The notes below the pieces were generated by a model. That model saw nothing but the letters and a program-made list of their open reading frames with translations. It searched no databases and had not been told where the DNA came from. Positions 1 through 9,754 of a stretch of DNA of 64,000 nucleotides are shown here, one piece after another; within the stretch, counting starts at the first letter, position 1, and each line of letters begins with the position of its first letter. The stretch is from the NCBI GenBank assembly GCA_040006915.1, contig JBDTWD010000004.1, positions 1,033-65,032 on the forward strand, given 5' to 3'. The position numbers and the translations under genes are program-made. This DNA is from Candidatus Woesebacteria bacterium (GTDB lineage: Bacteria > Patescibacteriota > Microgenomatia > UBA1400 > UBA12028).

Positions 1-13
1 CCATATCGTATTG

Positions 14-1204
14 TTACTCTCCGACAGAGTTATAAATCGTATCCAAATCTTTAGAAATTTTTCCCCAGTTGTAATCTTCTTTGACCAACTCCATCCCATT
101 ATGTGCTAGTTTCTTTGCCAATTTTTCATCGGTTGAAAGCTTTACCGTAGCAGTAACAAGTTCACTATCAGTATCACCAATGAGCGCATGCGTCCCATTT
201 TGGATTCCCAAACCCTCAACAGCCAGAGACGTTGCCACAATTGGAGTTTGAGTCGCCATCGCTTCCAAGATCTTATATCTAGTTCCTTTGCCACTCCAAA
301 CGGGAGCTAGCAATACATTGGCACTTTTATAGGCATCACGGATATCGCTAACTTTTCCTTTCACACTGATTGTCGGGTCATTTTGCATATATCTTTCGAT
401 CTCTGCCGTAGGAGAGTTCCCTACAATCCATAGCCGTGCGTTAGGAATCGCGATTCGAATATGAGTCCATAGTTTTTCGACCAAATATGTTACCGCTTCT
501 ACATTGGGCAGCCATTTAAAGGTACCGACAAACAACACAATAAATTCGTCGGTCACTTTCTTCGGAACAGCTTTAAAGAAATCGATGTCTACCCCGTTCG
601 CCACAACACTGATTTTCCCTACTTCAGGAACACGGCGCAAAATATAACTTTTATCCTCCTCACTCATGGCAATTAATCGTGACGCACGTTTCCAAAAATA
701 TTCTTCCCAATGTTTTATCTTTCGTACGTCCCAGTAGAAAAAGGGTTTGGCAAATGGATTGCCCAGACGTTTAGTAAATTCTTTGTATCCTAAATGTTCA
801 ATTGTCTGCACAACCAAAATAATGGGTAATTTCGTTTTAGGAATATTTGGCATTACGTAGAATGTCTCAACATGTAAAAGATCATAATCACCACGTGAGA
901 GCTCTTCTTCTATTTCGCGTTTAAGATCGTTATTCTTATACATGGTTACCAGAAGCGGATTAAAAGAGAACTGCGAGAGCAATATATTCTTTACACTCCA
1001 TACCGGACCACGCTTAAAGACGTGAATCTTTTGGCAATATGGTTTTAACTGATCGATGTATTGGCGTTCATCATCGTTACGTATATAGGAAAACAATGTA
1101 ATTTTATGTTTTGTGTGCAAATTCTTGAGCAGATTGTAGGTTCGTATTTGTCCACCAGAAACCAAAGGGTACGGTAGGTACGGCGTGATCATTAAAATAT
1201 TCAT
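14..1204 (-). CDS. GT4 (group 1) glycosyltransferase
   Basis: C-terminal Glycos_transf_1 signature (…ILEAMATQTPIVATSLAVEGLG…) and an N-terminal MNILMITPYLPYP start typical of GT-B GT4 enzymes. Overlaps the next gene by 4 nt. Confidence 0.8.
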   Translation of the reverse strand: MNILMITPYLPYPLVSGGQIRTYNLLKNLHTKHKITLFSYIRNDDERQYIDQLKPYCQKIHVFKRGPVWSVKNILLSQFSFNPLLVTMYKNNDLKREIEEELSRGDYDLLHVETFYVMPNIPKTKLPIILVVQTIEHLGYKEFTKRLGNPFAKPFFYWDVRKIKHWEEYFWKRASRLIAMSEEDKSYILRRVPEVGKISVVANGVDIDFFKAVPKKVTDEFIVLFVGTFKWLPNVEAVTYLVEKLWTHIRIAIPNARLWIVGNSPTAEIERYMQNDPTISVKGKVSDIRDAYKSANVLLAPVWSGKGTRYKILEAMATQTPIVATSLAVEGLGIQNGTHALIGDTDSELVTATVKLSTDEKLAKKLAHNGMELVKEDYNWGKISKDLDTIYNSVGE

Positions 1205-2628
1205 AGAGAATTTTGTAGGTTCAAGATGATAAATTCAGGAGTCTTTTGAACGGTTTGATATTTTTTCTCCAACGCTCTCGCTTCATCATCATAATTAACG
1301 CTCACATAATACTGCGCCCCTTCTGAAATTTTCTTATCAATCTCAAACCCAATTGGCCATCCAGTGCGATTAATTTGAAACAAGAATGCAGTATCGCCTT
1401 GATATGGTGCAATGACTTTTGCATCCTGTGGCAGTGCAATGTCCGCGGCTTGACCGGCATGCACGATTGCCCAGTTGTTGATGTTGTAATATCCTTTTAT
1501 TTGATTCCAGGCAAAGTACAGACTTATCACAATAAGAGCGGTTGTGATTGTTTGTATGTAGGGAATTTTAGCCGACCACACCCAAGAGACTCCTTTCGCT
1601 ATGGTAAGACATACGAATGGCATCAACATCACCTGATAATAATCATGCTGAACATTCCCCGTAGCAAAGACGATCAAATAGGCCAGCATCCCTAGTGCCC
1701 AAGGCCACAGCACTAAATCTTTTTTCAAGAGTCCAGCGACAAATAAACTTACCCCTGTATAGCCCAAAACGAGTTTCGTTAATCGTTCCCAAAACAACCA
1801 TCGAAACCAAGCCGGCCGTAGTCTAATGCCATTCCCATTAAACAACCAGTCACTCGCTGGAATCCCAATCGGATATTGAGCAATCCATTTTCGCCAGAAA
1901 TATAAAGGAATGAGCGTAGCTGCAAACAGCACAGCCGCCACAATATCTAAAAGCCCTTTCTTTCCCCTAATCTGCCACGCAAGAGCGATGTATACAGGAA
2001 TAAAAAACACCGCCATCGGTTTTAAAAGCAGCGCCAAAGAGAAAAGCAGCGCTGAAAGTAGGAGCGAGAAAACAGAATTCTTCTTTTGATACCACCAGAA
2101 AAAATACAGAGAACCCAAAACGGAAGCAACCAAAAATGGTTCGGGCAAAATAGTACGAGAGTAATAGACGTTATACGGAATCAGTGCAAAGGCAGTTGCT
2201 GCGAGAAGACCAACTTTCTTTCCATATAGTTCTTTTCCAAGCAGAGCAAGAAAAACCATTGAGAATAATGATGCCGAAACCGAGAATAATCTTGAGGTCA
2301 CTACGATATCAAGAAACGGTAAAAAACGCAGGACGTTGGCAATTACTCCATTGACGATCGGAAACTCGACCATCCGTAAACCTTGGACATTATCGGCTCC
2401 CTGTACTCTGACTCCTGACTGAATATTCGAGAGATCATGATAAGTGGGATGTAACAGATCAATACCGTGTTTCACATACTCACGTGTGACTGATGCGGTG
2501 TCTGCTTGCCTAAAACTGTGCCAGTCAGCCAATGGCGTATTTATTTTGTACAAACGCACACACAAACCGATACCCACTATACATAGAAGTGCTCGATTAA
2601 AGGTGAGAAAGTTATTTTTTCTTTTCAT
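1201..2628 (-). CDS. Polytopic membrane protein, putative GT-C-fold glycosyltransferase
   Basis: 475 aa with at least 10 hydrophobic helices and an N-terminal extracytoplasmic loop with charged residues (WHSFRQADTASVTREY), as in GT-C families. The family was not resolved. Confidence 0.4.
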   Translation of the reverse strand: MKRKNNFLTFNRALLCIVGIGLCVRLYKINTPLADWHSFRQADTASVTREYVKHGIDLLHPTYHDLSNIQSGVRVQGADNVQGLRMVEFPIVNGVIANVLRFLPFLDIVVTSRLFSVSASLFSMVFLALLGKELYGKKVGLLAATAFALIPYNVYYSRTILPEPFLVASVLGSLYFFWWYQKKNSVFSLLLSALLFSLALLLKPMAVFFIPVYIALAWQIRGKKGLLDIVAAVLFAATLIPLYFWRKWIAQYPIGIPASDWLFNGNGIRLRPAWFRWLFWERLTKLVLGYTGVSLFVAGLLKKDLVLWPWALGMLAYLIVFATGNVQHDYYQVMLMPFVCLTIAKGVSWVWSAKIPYIQTITTALIVISLYFAWNQIKGYYNINNWAIVHAGQAADIALPQDAKVIAPYQGDTAFLFQINRTGWPIGFEIDKKISEGAQYYVSVNYDDEARALEKKYQTVQKTPEFIILNLQNSL

Positions 2629-4204
2629 ACGTTAAGCGAATCGTGGCAAATCCGACTCCAATCATTGCCCAATACATAAAGGCTACTTTTGAGGCTGCAA
2701 ATACATCGATATATAAAGCGTTGATGAACATCCCTAATGTACCAGCGATTAGACCGATTAAAATTGCAGCGACCAATCCTCTTGGTTTTTTAGATAGAAC
2801 TTCAACAGCTTTCCATATGAAGATAAAAATAGGACCATAAAAAGTAATTGCCCCTAAAATCCCTACTTCTCCCAAAGTACGTAAGAAATCATTGTCGGTA
2901 CTTTCTGCTTCAGTGAATTCATTTCGCACAGCCTTGGTTAAGGTTGAAGGACCAGAGCCCACCAGAGGATTCCGCAAAAATCCATTTATCGCTCGTGGCC
3001 ATAAGGTGTCATAGCGGATGCAGGCTGAAAGTCCGTACTGTTCAGTACAAGCTGAATATGTACGAGGAACCTGTATCACCCCAATGACAGTTTTACCGTC
3101 CTCTGTGGAGATAACATTTTTGAGATCAGGAATATCTGTGTAGACATCACCAGGTAGAGGTTTTCCGGTTGGAGTCGAAGGCGGACTCGTCTGTGCAGGA
3201 GTTGGCAATTGATCAGTATCCGTTATCGGCTCTACTTTAATTGAGTTATCTGGTTGCTTGGCTAAGGGCTTTTGCAAAGCCGCTAAATAGTTATTCACTT
3301 GTTGAACAATTCCCAGCTGTGTGAATCGTGATGAAAGATCTCCTAGGGTTAACATGACAACCATACTAAAGGAAAAGACAACAAAACCTCTAGAGATAAC
3401 CCACCAGAGAGATTGTTTATACACACCAATCAATAGGACTACTATTCCAATAGCCAGAAGATACGCTAAAAATGATGAGCGTGACGATCCTAGAATGAGC
3501 AGCCAAAACCCCATCACAAAAACAATCACTAAACATGCCTTCTCCATTTTGCTTCGAGATAAAAATACAAGCGATAACGTAAGCGCCAATAAAAACATGA
3601 TAAATGCAGACATATCATAATGTCCGCCAAAAGTTGATGGAACTCTGGCATGCTCAGTTAAGACTAGTTTCACTCCTTTGGAAAACTCACGATTCATCGT
3701 GGAATATACTGGCCAATACAAATATTTCTGTCCAAATCCATAGACTGAAATCCCTACAATCATGATCATGGCAGCGATCAATACCATTCGTACGTGACGA
3801 AAAGATTTAACCGCGTTATAGAAAAGGAAAAATAATGTGAAGTATTCAAGTCGTCGCAGGAAATGCAAAAACATTTTCTCTACATGAACAAATGAGTCTA
3901 GAGGGACACTTTTTACTACAAACAGAGCTGAGAGCATCGATAGTATTCCGACCACCACATATCCTATGAGAATTCGTGTAATTGGTGTTTGGATTGTCAC
4001 TTTCTTTTTTACAAGCAAAACCCCAAACACGAGCAAGACTCCCGTAAGGAAAAAGTCCTCCAAACGAACACGAACGATATATCCAGGAATGAGTTCTAAC
4101 AGAGGAATCTTGGGATAAAAAGCAATAAAGAGCAGGAGTCCAGTACAAAGCACCGTAAACCAGTTTTGGTAAAACCAAGAAAAAAAATTGATTGATTTTT
4201 TCAT
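2612..4204 (-). CDS. O-antigen ligase/polymerase-like (Wzy_C-type) membrane protein with a Pro/Thr-rich periplasmic loop
   Basis: Multi-TM protein with a Wzy_C-like segment (…LILGSSRSSFLAYLLAIG…) and a later loop …PLVGSGPST…ESTDNDFLRTLGEVGILG…. A low-complexity PTPAQTSPPSTPTGKPLP linker is present. Start placed at the internal MKKSINFF (4204) so that it abuts the upstream GT2 with a 4 nt overlap; the ORF extends to 4330. Confidence 0.5.
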   Translation of the reverse strand: MKKSINFFSWFYQNWFTVLCTGLLLFIAFYPKIPLLELIPGYIVRVRLEDFFLTGVLLVFGVLLVKKKVTIQTPITRILIGYVVVGILSMLSALFVVKSVPLDSFVHVEKMFLHFLRRLEYFTLFFLFYNAVKSFRHVRMVLIAAMIMIVGISVYGFGQKYLYWPVYSTMNREFSKGVKLVLTEHARVPSTFGGHYDMSAFIMFLLALTLSLVFLSRSKMEKACLVIVFVMGFWLLILGSSRSSFLAYLLAIGIVVLLIGVYKQSLWWVISRGFVVFSFSMVVMLTLGDLSSRFTQLGIVQQVNNYLAALQKPLAKQPDNSIKVEPITDTDQLPTPAQTSPPSTPTGKPLPGDVYTDIPDLKNVISTEDGKTVIGVIQVPRTYSACTEQYGLSACIRYDTLWPRAINGFLRNPLVGSGPSTLTKAVRNEFTEAESTDNDFLRTLGEVGILGAITFYGPIFIFIWKAVEVLSKKPRGLVAAILIGLIAGTLGMFINALYIDVFAASKVAFMYWAMIGVGFATIRLTYEKKK

Positions 4205-5094
4205 GTCAGTTCGCGAAGAATTGCCCCATACAAGGATCGGGCATCCGCTCTTCCTAGCAGTATACCAAAAAGGAACCCACGTAAGATAGCTCCCTTGAGG
4301 AGAATCAGGTACACCAGAGGTCTTTGCCAAAAAGGAAAATGCTTTTTGGAAAGATAGTTGAGTCCTTTTACTTCACCTAACAGAGCGTGGTTGCTACTCG
4401 TACTGGCACTACCAATGTGAGTAATTGAGGCATTTGGAGTTATTCCAATCAACCATCCTTTTTGATGGGCTCTGATACAGTAATCTACATCCTCAGCATA
4501 CATGAAGATTTTTTCATCTAAGCCTCCTATCTGCTCAATCACTTCCTTTCTGATCATCATCGCAGTTCCCCCTACCCAACCTCGTTTAATAATATGATCA
4601 GGTCTGTCTTCTTTCTGAATCACAGTAGAGTTTTGGTAGGGATTAACAAAGGGTACATTTCCTGGAAGTGGCCAAAGCCACCACCAAGCGATATTCCAAA
4701 ATGTGGGCAACCCGCCACCTTGCGATTGATAGGACCCATCAGGGTTTAAAAGCCGGCAGGAAAGAATGCCAACTTTCGGATTCTCTTCGAGGGTTTTGAC
4801 CATGGAATCAATTGCTCCGGACACGACAATGGTGTCAGAGTTCAAAAGCAGAATATAATCGCCCTTGGCGGCTTTAATACCTTCATTGTTAGCTTTTGCA
4901 AACCCTCCATTATCGTGGCGCTCAATAATTTTGATTTTGTTGCCAAATCTTTCTTTTAAAGTTTTGACGCTTCCGTCTTTTGAATCATTGTCGACAACAA
5001 TAATCTCATGACGAGAGTCAAATCCAACCGACTCAATGGTCTGAATAGTGAGGTTGTTTGTATTGTAGGAGACAATAATGATTGAAAGTTGCAT
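4201..5094 (-). CDS. GT2 glycosyltransferase (RfbF/WbbL-like)
   Basis: MQLSIIIVSYNT…VVDNDSKDGS…LLNSDTIV (DXD motif)…GGTAMMIRKEV…MYAEDVDYCIRA. Classic GT2 GT-A fold. Confidence 0.85.
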   Translation of the reverse strand: MQLSIIIVSYNTNNLTIQTIESVGFDSRHEIIVVDNDSKDGSVKTLKERFGNKIKIIERHDNGGFAKANNEGIKAAKGDYILLLNSDTIVVSGAIDSMVKTLEENPKVGILSCRLLNPDGSYQSQGGGLPTFWNIAWWWLWPLPGNVPFVNPYQNSTVIQKEDRPDHIIKRGWVGGTAMMIRKEVIEQIGGLDEKIFMYAEDVDYCIRAHQKGWLIGITPNASITHIGSASTSSNHALLGEVKGLNYLSKKHFPFWQRPLVYLILLKGAILRGFLFGILLGRADARSLYGAILRELT

Positions 5095-5252
5095 CGCAAC
5101 TGATTGTAGCGCAATTTCTTACTCTAGTCTTGCCAAGCCTTTGGCTCTACACTTTTCAAACAGAGAAACAAAGAACTTCAAAGATACAAATAAATAGACA
5201 ATATTGAGCAAGAAAGCGAAGATCTGCATTCAAAGGGAGGGCAGCTGTAGCT

Positions 5253-5858
5253 TTATTGAAACCAACGGGCACGACCAAGCTTATATGTCAGCTGTTCTAC
5301 CGGTCGTTTAGAGATTACTTTCGCAGGAATACCTGCAACAATATCTAATGGAGCGACATCTTTTGTAACAACAGCACCCGCAGCGACCACTGCTCCTCTT
5401 CCTATATGAAGCCCGGGAAGAATAATTGAACGTGGGCCAATGAACACATAATCATCAATGGTCACTTTTTTCTCTATCGCTTGCCAGGTGGTACTTCGCA
5501 AATCATGCTGACTTGTCCAGATCATCACTTCCGAGGCGATATCAACGTGGTCTCCGATAGTAAGGCCTCCGGCAGAATTCGCCATTTGTTTACGCCCATC
5601 CAAAGAAGCGCGTTCTCCGATGATGGTGTCTTTGCCGATCGTGATATGTCTGGGATCATAGATTCGGGCCATCATATGAATGGTTGAGCCCGCACCAATT
5701 TCCATTCCTGAGAGTCGGTAAAAAACCCGACGAATATGATGAAAGGGAATAAAGCCAACTCTCCACCATAAAAATCCAGTGACAAATTCTAACCAAATAG
5801 TTGAGATTCGATTAAATATTTTGTCAGAAAATGACTTTCGTCCGGTATGGGATTCCAT
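5253..5858 (-). CDS. Hexapeptide-repeat (LbH) sugar O-acetyltransferase
   Basis: Repeated [LIV]GxxxxI hexapeptides (IGAGSTIHMM…ITIGKDTIIG…LTIGDHVDIA…VTIDDYVFIGPRSIILPGLHIGRGAVVAAGAVV) with a WcaF/maltose-acetyltransferase-like C-terminus. Confidence 0.8.
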   Translation of the reverse strand: MESHTGRKSFSDKIFNRISTIWLEFVTGFLWWRVGFIPFHHIRRVFYRLSGMEIGAGSTIHMMARIYDPRHITIGKDTIIGERASLDGRKQMANSAGGLTIGDHVDIASEVMIWTSQHDLRSTTWQAIEKKVTIDDYVFIGPRSIILPGLHIGRGAVVAAGAVVTKDVAPLDIVAGIPAKVISKRPVEQLTYKLGRARWFQ

Positions 5859-5877
5859 AGTATGATTATACTAGCAT

Positions 5878-7017
5878 ATGACCAAACGGATTGTTCTTAA
5901 ACTTTTTTTCCTCTTTATTATCTGGCATATTGGAGTGTTTAGCCTTTCCTACTTTGCCGACAGGTTCCTTCCATACAAACCGTCATTTTCACTCATTGAT
6001 CTCACTCTTATTCCGTCTGGACTTCCTCGCTCTATTTATAGCTTTGGAAATTTTGACGGTGTCCATTACATCACCATCGCTCGAGACGGATATAATCATG
6101 TCGAGGGGATTCAAGCCTTTTTCCCTCTGTTTCCCCGTATAGTGTTAGGTGTCTTTCATGATTTTTTTGGGAGAAGTACAGAGCTACTGGCCATTGGTCT
6201 TATCTTGAGTAATCTTTTCTTCTTTGGATTCCTTTGCTTATTATTTACGTTCATTCAAGAGAAATTTAATCCCAAAACCGCCTGGGGAGCAGTGATTACG
6301 GTTCTGATCTTCCCTACCTCCTTTTTCTTTGGAGCCTTGTATACCGAATCACTCTTTATGTTGTTGGTTATCGGAAGTTTTTATGCAGCCCACAGAAAAA
6401 AGTGGCGACTGGCCGGAGTTTTGGCGGCCTTTGCAAGCTGTACTCGCGTAGTCGGTATCTTTTTAGTTCCTGCACTATTAATTGAACTGTGGTCACACAA
6501 GGAACAGCGAAGCGCCAAAAATGTATTGGCAATCCTCATTGGTTGTGCTGGACTTCTCGCATACATGGCATACTTATGGACGAGTTTTGGTGATCCATTG
6601 TTGTTTGCTCACGTCCAATCCGGATTCGGGGCTGGACGCTCAACTACAATCGTTTTATATCCACAGGTTTTGTGGAGATCTCTTAAGATTCTTCTTACCT
6701 CACCACGAAATATTGCATATGTCACCTATATACAAGAATTTGCTGCAGGCACTCTTGGGTTGATATTGTTGCTGCTTGCCTACAAACGTGTCCCAAAAAG
6801 CTGGACCGTGTTTGCGCTCCTGTGTTTTTTCTTCCCTCCACTCACCGGAACATTTTCCAGCATGAGTCGTTATCTGCTAGTCTGTTTTCCGATCTATATT
6901 CTAGGGGGATGGCTGTACGCAAAATATCCCAAAGCCATATATCTACTCTGGGCGATTTCCTTCTTTCTTTTGTGTGTAAACACAATTCTCTTCATTCAGG
7001 GGTATTGGGTAGCATAA
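5878..7017 (+). CDS. PIG-V-like (GT76-type) GT-C mannosyltransferase
   Basis: The first-loop motif FDGVHYITIARDGYNHVEGIQAFFPLFP matches the PIG-V/Gpi18 hallmark (WDAEHFLFIAEHGYxxExxFAFFPGFP). 379 aa with about 9 TM helices. Confidence 0.65.
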   Translation: MTKRIVLKLFFLFIIWHIGVFSLSYFADRFLPYKPSFSLIDLTLIPSGLPRSIYSFGNFDGVHYITIARDGYNHVEGIQAFFPLFPRIVLGVFHDFFGRSTELLAIGLILSNLFFFGFLCLLFTFIQEKFNPKTAWGAVITVLIFPTSFFFGALYTESLFMLLVIGSFYAAHRKKWRLAGVLAAFASCTRVVGIFLVPALLIELWSHKEQRSAKNVLAILIGCAGLLAYMAYLWTSFGDPLLFAHVQSGFGAGRSTTIVLYPQVLWRSLKILLTSPRNIAYVTYIQEFAAGTLGLILLLLAYKRVPKSWTVFALLCFFFPPLTGTFSSMSRYLLVCFPIYILGGWLYAKYPKAIYLLWAISFFLLCVNTILFIQGYWVA

Positions 7018-7077
7018 AGCCTATAGATAGTCACAAGCAAGGATTGATTTCTGGTGGATTTGTCGTATTTTGGAGAT

Positions 7078-7455
7078 ATGGCAACTTTCGCAGAACACGC
7101 ACAACAAAAACCATTTTCCAAACGTGAACTACGTATATTCAGACAGAAACAAGAGGAATCTAAAATCCCTGAAGATAGCCATCTTAACCCCATGAATATA
7201 CAGTTAGCAAAAGAATGGATGATGGCTCTACATATTGATCCTGGTGTGTTTAAAACAACTTTCTTCGCCTTGATTAACGTTTTGAATTATTACGAGTCTG
7301 CCTGTAGACAAGAGGACAATACGACGTCACGGTCAAATATTCGAGTTGAGTACGAAAAGCTACAGAATTCAGGAATAAACCAAGAAGTGATTGATACTTT
7401 AATAAGAGAACATCGAATTCTCTTTGCAGCTGTTGCCTACGCGATCAAAATTTAG
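7078..7455 (+). CDS. Hypothetical small protein
   Basis: ORF with ATG at 7078 ([10 protein letters not shown]…). No recognisable motifs. Convergent with ruvB and overlapping its stop. Confidence 0.25.
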   Translation: MATFAEHAQQKPFSKRELRIFRQKQEESKIPEDSHLNPMNIQLAKEWMMALHIDPGVFKTTFFALINVLNYYESACRQEDNTTSRSNIRVEYEKLQNSGINQEVIDTLIREHRILFAAVAYAIKI

Positions 7456-8444
7456 TCTTTCCAAATTATTCCCAAGTGATCATAGGCTTTCTTAGTGATG
7501 ACACGTCCTCTTGGGGTTCGCTGAATGAACCCAATCTGCATCAGATATGGCTCATACACTTCTTCTATCGTTCCCACATCCTCTGAGAGAGTAGCGGCGA
7601 TTGTCTCAATTCCTAAGGGGCCACCATCATGTTTCTCAATGATCAGCGTCAAGAAGCGCCTATCTGAATCATCAAGCCCCATATGATCAACGGCCATCAT
7701 GTCTAACGCATTTTGTACTGTATCTCCATCAACCAGGCCATTTGATTTAATTTGCGCAAAGTCACGAACTCGTTTTAATAATTTTAAGCCAATACGAGGA
7801 GTGCCCCGTGCTCGTCTAGCAATCTCTTCGGCAGCTTCTTTCGATAACACTAAATGTAGCTTCACGGCTGCTGCTTGAATGATGTCTGCTAAGCGTTTGA
7901 TCTCGTAATAGCTCACACGATGCACTAATCCAAATCGATCACGAAAAGGACCAGACAACATTCCAAAACGAGTTGTGGCTCCGACTAATGTAAAGCGCGG
8001 CAAATCGAGCCGTAACGTCCGAGCTGAGGGACCTTTTCCAATCACCACATCAAACACAAAATCTTCCATTGAGGGATACAGAGCCTCTTCCACGTGCTTA
8101 TTTAACCTATGAATTTCATCAATAAACAAAATATCGTTTGGTTGTAAGTTCGTCAAAATCGCTGCCAAATCTCCAGCCTTGGTAATAGCGGTAGCACTAG
8201 TGAAACGAATGTTGCTTCCCATCTCTTTGGCAATCAAATGGGCCAACGTGGTTTTTCCTAAACCAGGTGGGCCATATAAGAGAACGTGATCCATTGCTTC
8301 ATTGCGCTCTTTAGCGGCTTGAATCGCAATTGAGAGTGCATCTTTAACACTGTCTTGTCCAATAAATTCATCCCAAACGGTAGCCCGAAGTGAGGTAAAT
8401 AGTTGCTCTTCTTCGTTCGTTGGATTTTCAGTTTTCTTCTTCAT
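7452..8444 (-). CDS. ruvB: Holliday junction branch-migration ATPase RuvB
   Basis: Walker [14 protein letters not shown], Walker [11 protein letters not shown], and the RuvB C-terminal winged-helix region (…[10 protein letters not shown]…). Confidence 0.92.
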   Translation of the reverse strand: MKKKTENPTNEEEQLFTSLRATVWDEFIGQDSVKDALSIAIQAAKERNEAMDHVLLYGPPGLGKTTLAHLIAKEMGSNIRFTSATAITKAGDLAAILTNLQPNDILFIDEIHRLNKHVEEALYPSMEDFVFDVVIGKGPSARTLRLDLPRFTLVGATTRFGMLSGPFRDRFGLVHRVSYYEIKRLADIIQAAAVKLHLVLSKEAAEEIARRARGTPRIGLKLLKRVRDFAQIKSNGLVDGDTVQNALDMMAVDHMGLDDSDRRFLTLIIEKHDGGPLGIETIAATLSEDVGTIEEVYEPYLMQIGFIQRTPRGRVITKKAYDHLGIIWKD

Positions 8445-8453
8445 AAGAAATTT

Positions 8454-9029
8454 CTAGTGCAGACTACTAGTTAGTTTTTGTATTGCTTTCTTGATAGCAT
8501 CCTCAACTCTCATGTCTCCAATTTCCAAAGATTTCGCAGTTTTAATACTTTGATTTTCATCAAAGCCCAAAGTGACCAAAGCTTCAACGATTTCTGCCAA
8601 TTTCCCTGTGGGTTCTGACAAATCTAAGTCTTCAGAACCACCCAACTTATTCTTCAAATCGATAATAATTTTTTGAGCGCTTTTCTTTCCTACTCTTGAT
8701 ACAGAAGAGAAAAATGAGACATCAGCAGATTGTACAGCTTTGATGATACTCTCTCGCCCACGATCCATGATTCCCAATGCCGTCTTGGGACCAATCCCAT
8801 CTACGTCTATCAACTGCAAGAACAGTTCTTTCTCTGCCTCAGTTGCAAATCCGTACAAATCAAAACAGTCCTCTTTAATATGTGAATAGATATAAAGCTC
8901 AATCTCTTCCCCACTTCTAGTAGTGGCATGCACGCTTTTAGTTACGAGGACCGTATAGCCCACTCCATTGCAGAGAACTAAAAAGGATCCAGAAGTGATT
9001 CGAGAAATGCCCGACAAATACCCAATCAT
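8454..9029 (-). CDS. ruvA: Holliday junction DNA-binding protein RuvA
   Basis: MIGYLSGISRITSG…VGYTV… (RuvA OB domain), HhH motifs (…VDGIGPKTALGIM…) and a C-terminal RuvB-interacting domain. Start moved to the internal ATG at 9029 from the longer ORF, giving 192 aa. Confidence 0.85.
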   Translation of the reverse strand: MIGYLSGISRITSGSFLVLCNGVGYTVLVTKSVHATTRSGEEIELYIYSHIKEDCFDLYGFATEAEKELFLQLIDVDGIGPKTALGIMDRGRESIIKAVQSADVSFFSSVSRVGKKSAQKIIIDLKNKLGGSEDLDLSEPTGKLAEIVEALVTLGFDENQSIKTAKSLEIGDMRVEDAIKKAIQKLTSSLH

Positions 9030-9084
9030 GCCCCTACTATAGCGTACTTGCACAAAAAGGAGAAGTTCGGTATTGTGCGATACT

Positions 9085-9459
9085 ATGCGTACAGAAATAA
9101 AGTCAGGGAGACGACTCAAAGAATGCAGTGCTCCTTTTCCAAAGGAAGTAAATATATTAGACTTCAAGCTTGTTGACGTGATGCAAATTGCGCAATCATA
9201 TTTTGAAGGCAATGGAGTTTTGATTGCCATCGTTCACAGAGAAATAGAGAATGATGAGAATCCCAATGCTCCAACTGTAGTGCATGACGAGAGACTCTTG
9301 CCAATTCAATCGTTGCAACAACTTAAAGATGTTAAAAGTGAAATCGGAGCGCGAGAAAAAGTAGAAATTGCAATTATAAATACCTGTGAATACACCGTAC
9401 GAGGGATTAAACCTCCTCGTAAAAAACGGAATAGTGCCAAACATCATGAGGAAATATAA
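9085..9459 (+). CDS. Hypothetical protein (small ORF A)
   Basis: ORF in frame 1 with an aaaaaggag motif upstream. The ORF track begins at TTG 9073; the first ATG is 9085. No homology recognised. Antisense to the ruv operon. Confidence 0.2.
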   Translation: MRTEIKSGRRLKECSAPFPKEVNILDFKLVDVMQIAQSYFEGNGVLIAIVHREIENDENPNAPTVVHDERLLPIQSLQQLKDVKSEIGAREKVEIAIINTCEYTVRGIKPPRKKRNSAKHHEEI

Positions 9460-9751
9460 CATCAATTCATCTGAATATATTCGTCGCAACGGACGACCTG
9501 TCAAAGTAAGTATTGAAGGGAAAAAAGTTTTGACGACATTCGATGAGCTTGAATTGAAGTCTCAGGAGATCTTTGCTCACCCGCTTATTATTCTTTTGAC
9601 CAAAAGAAGGGCTGATGAGCTGGTACATTTTTCCCGAGTGATGGCTCGAACATGGATCAAAAATTGCGCTGAATTCCGAGAGGATCACTACTCTGAGCTG
9701 CTCATTTTTGTTTTCAACGATGATGAATATAAGGTTAGTACAAGAGGATAG
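9446..9751 (+). CDS. Hypothetical protein (small ORF B)
   Basis: Frame-2 ORF. The MRKYNIN start at 9446 overlaps ORF A's stop by 14 nt; a longer version starts at 9386. No homology recognised. Confidence 0.2.
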   Translation: MRKYNINSSEYIRRNGRPVKVSIEGKKVLTTFDELELKSQEIFAHPLIILLTKRRADELVHFSRVMARTWIKNCAEFREDHYSELLIFVFNDDEYKVSTRG

Positions 9752-9754
9752 TGA

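Noticed and set aside
1375-1695. Many short antisense ORFs (60 to 140 aa) lie inside the large genes. Examples are 1375..1695, 3321..3620, 3846..4178, 5481..5687, 14980..15270, 16961..17530, 39567..39881, 44923..45436 and 61513..61947.
   Set aside because: They lie entirely within longer, motif-supported CDSs on the opposite strand, have low-complexity or stop-poor composition typical of AT-rich antisense frames, and show no recognisable motifs. I treat them as spurious.
9073-9084. TTG start for small ORF A, as given in the ORF track.
   Set aside because: The sequence at 9073 is TTG, not ATG. The first ATG is at 9085. Either could be used, and without homology the start cannot be fixed, so the ORF is reported with low confidence.
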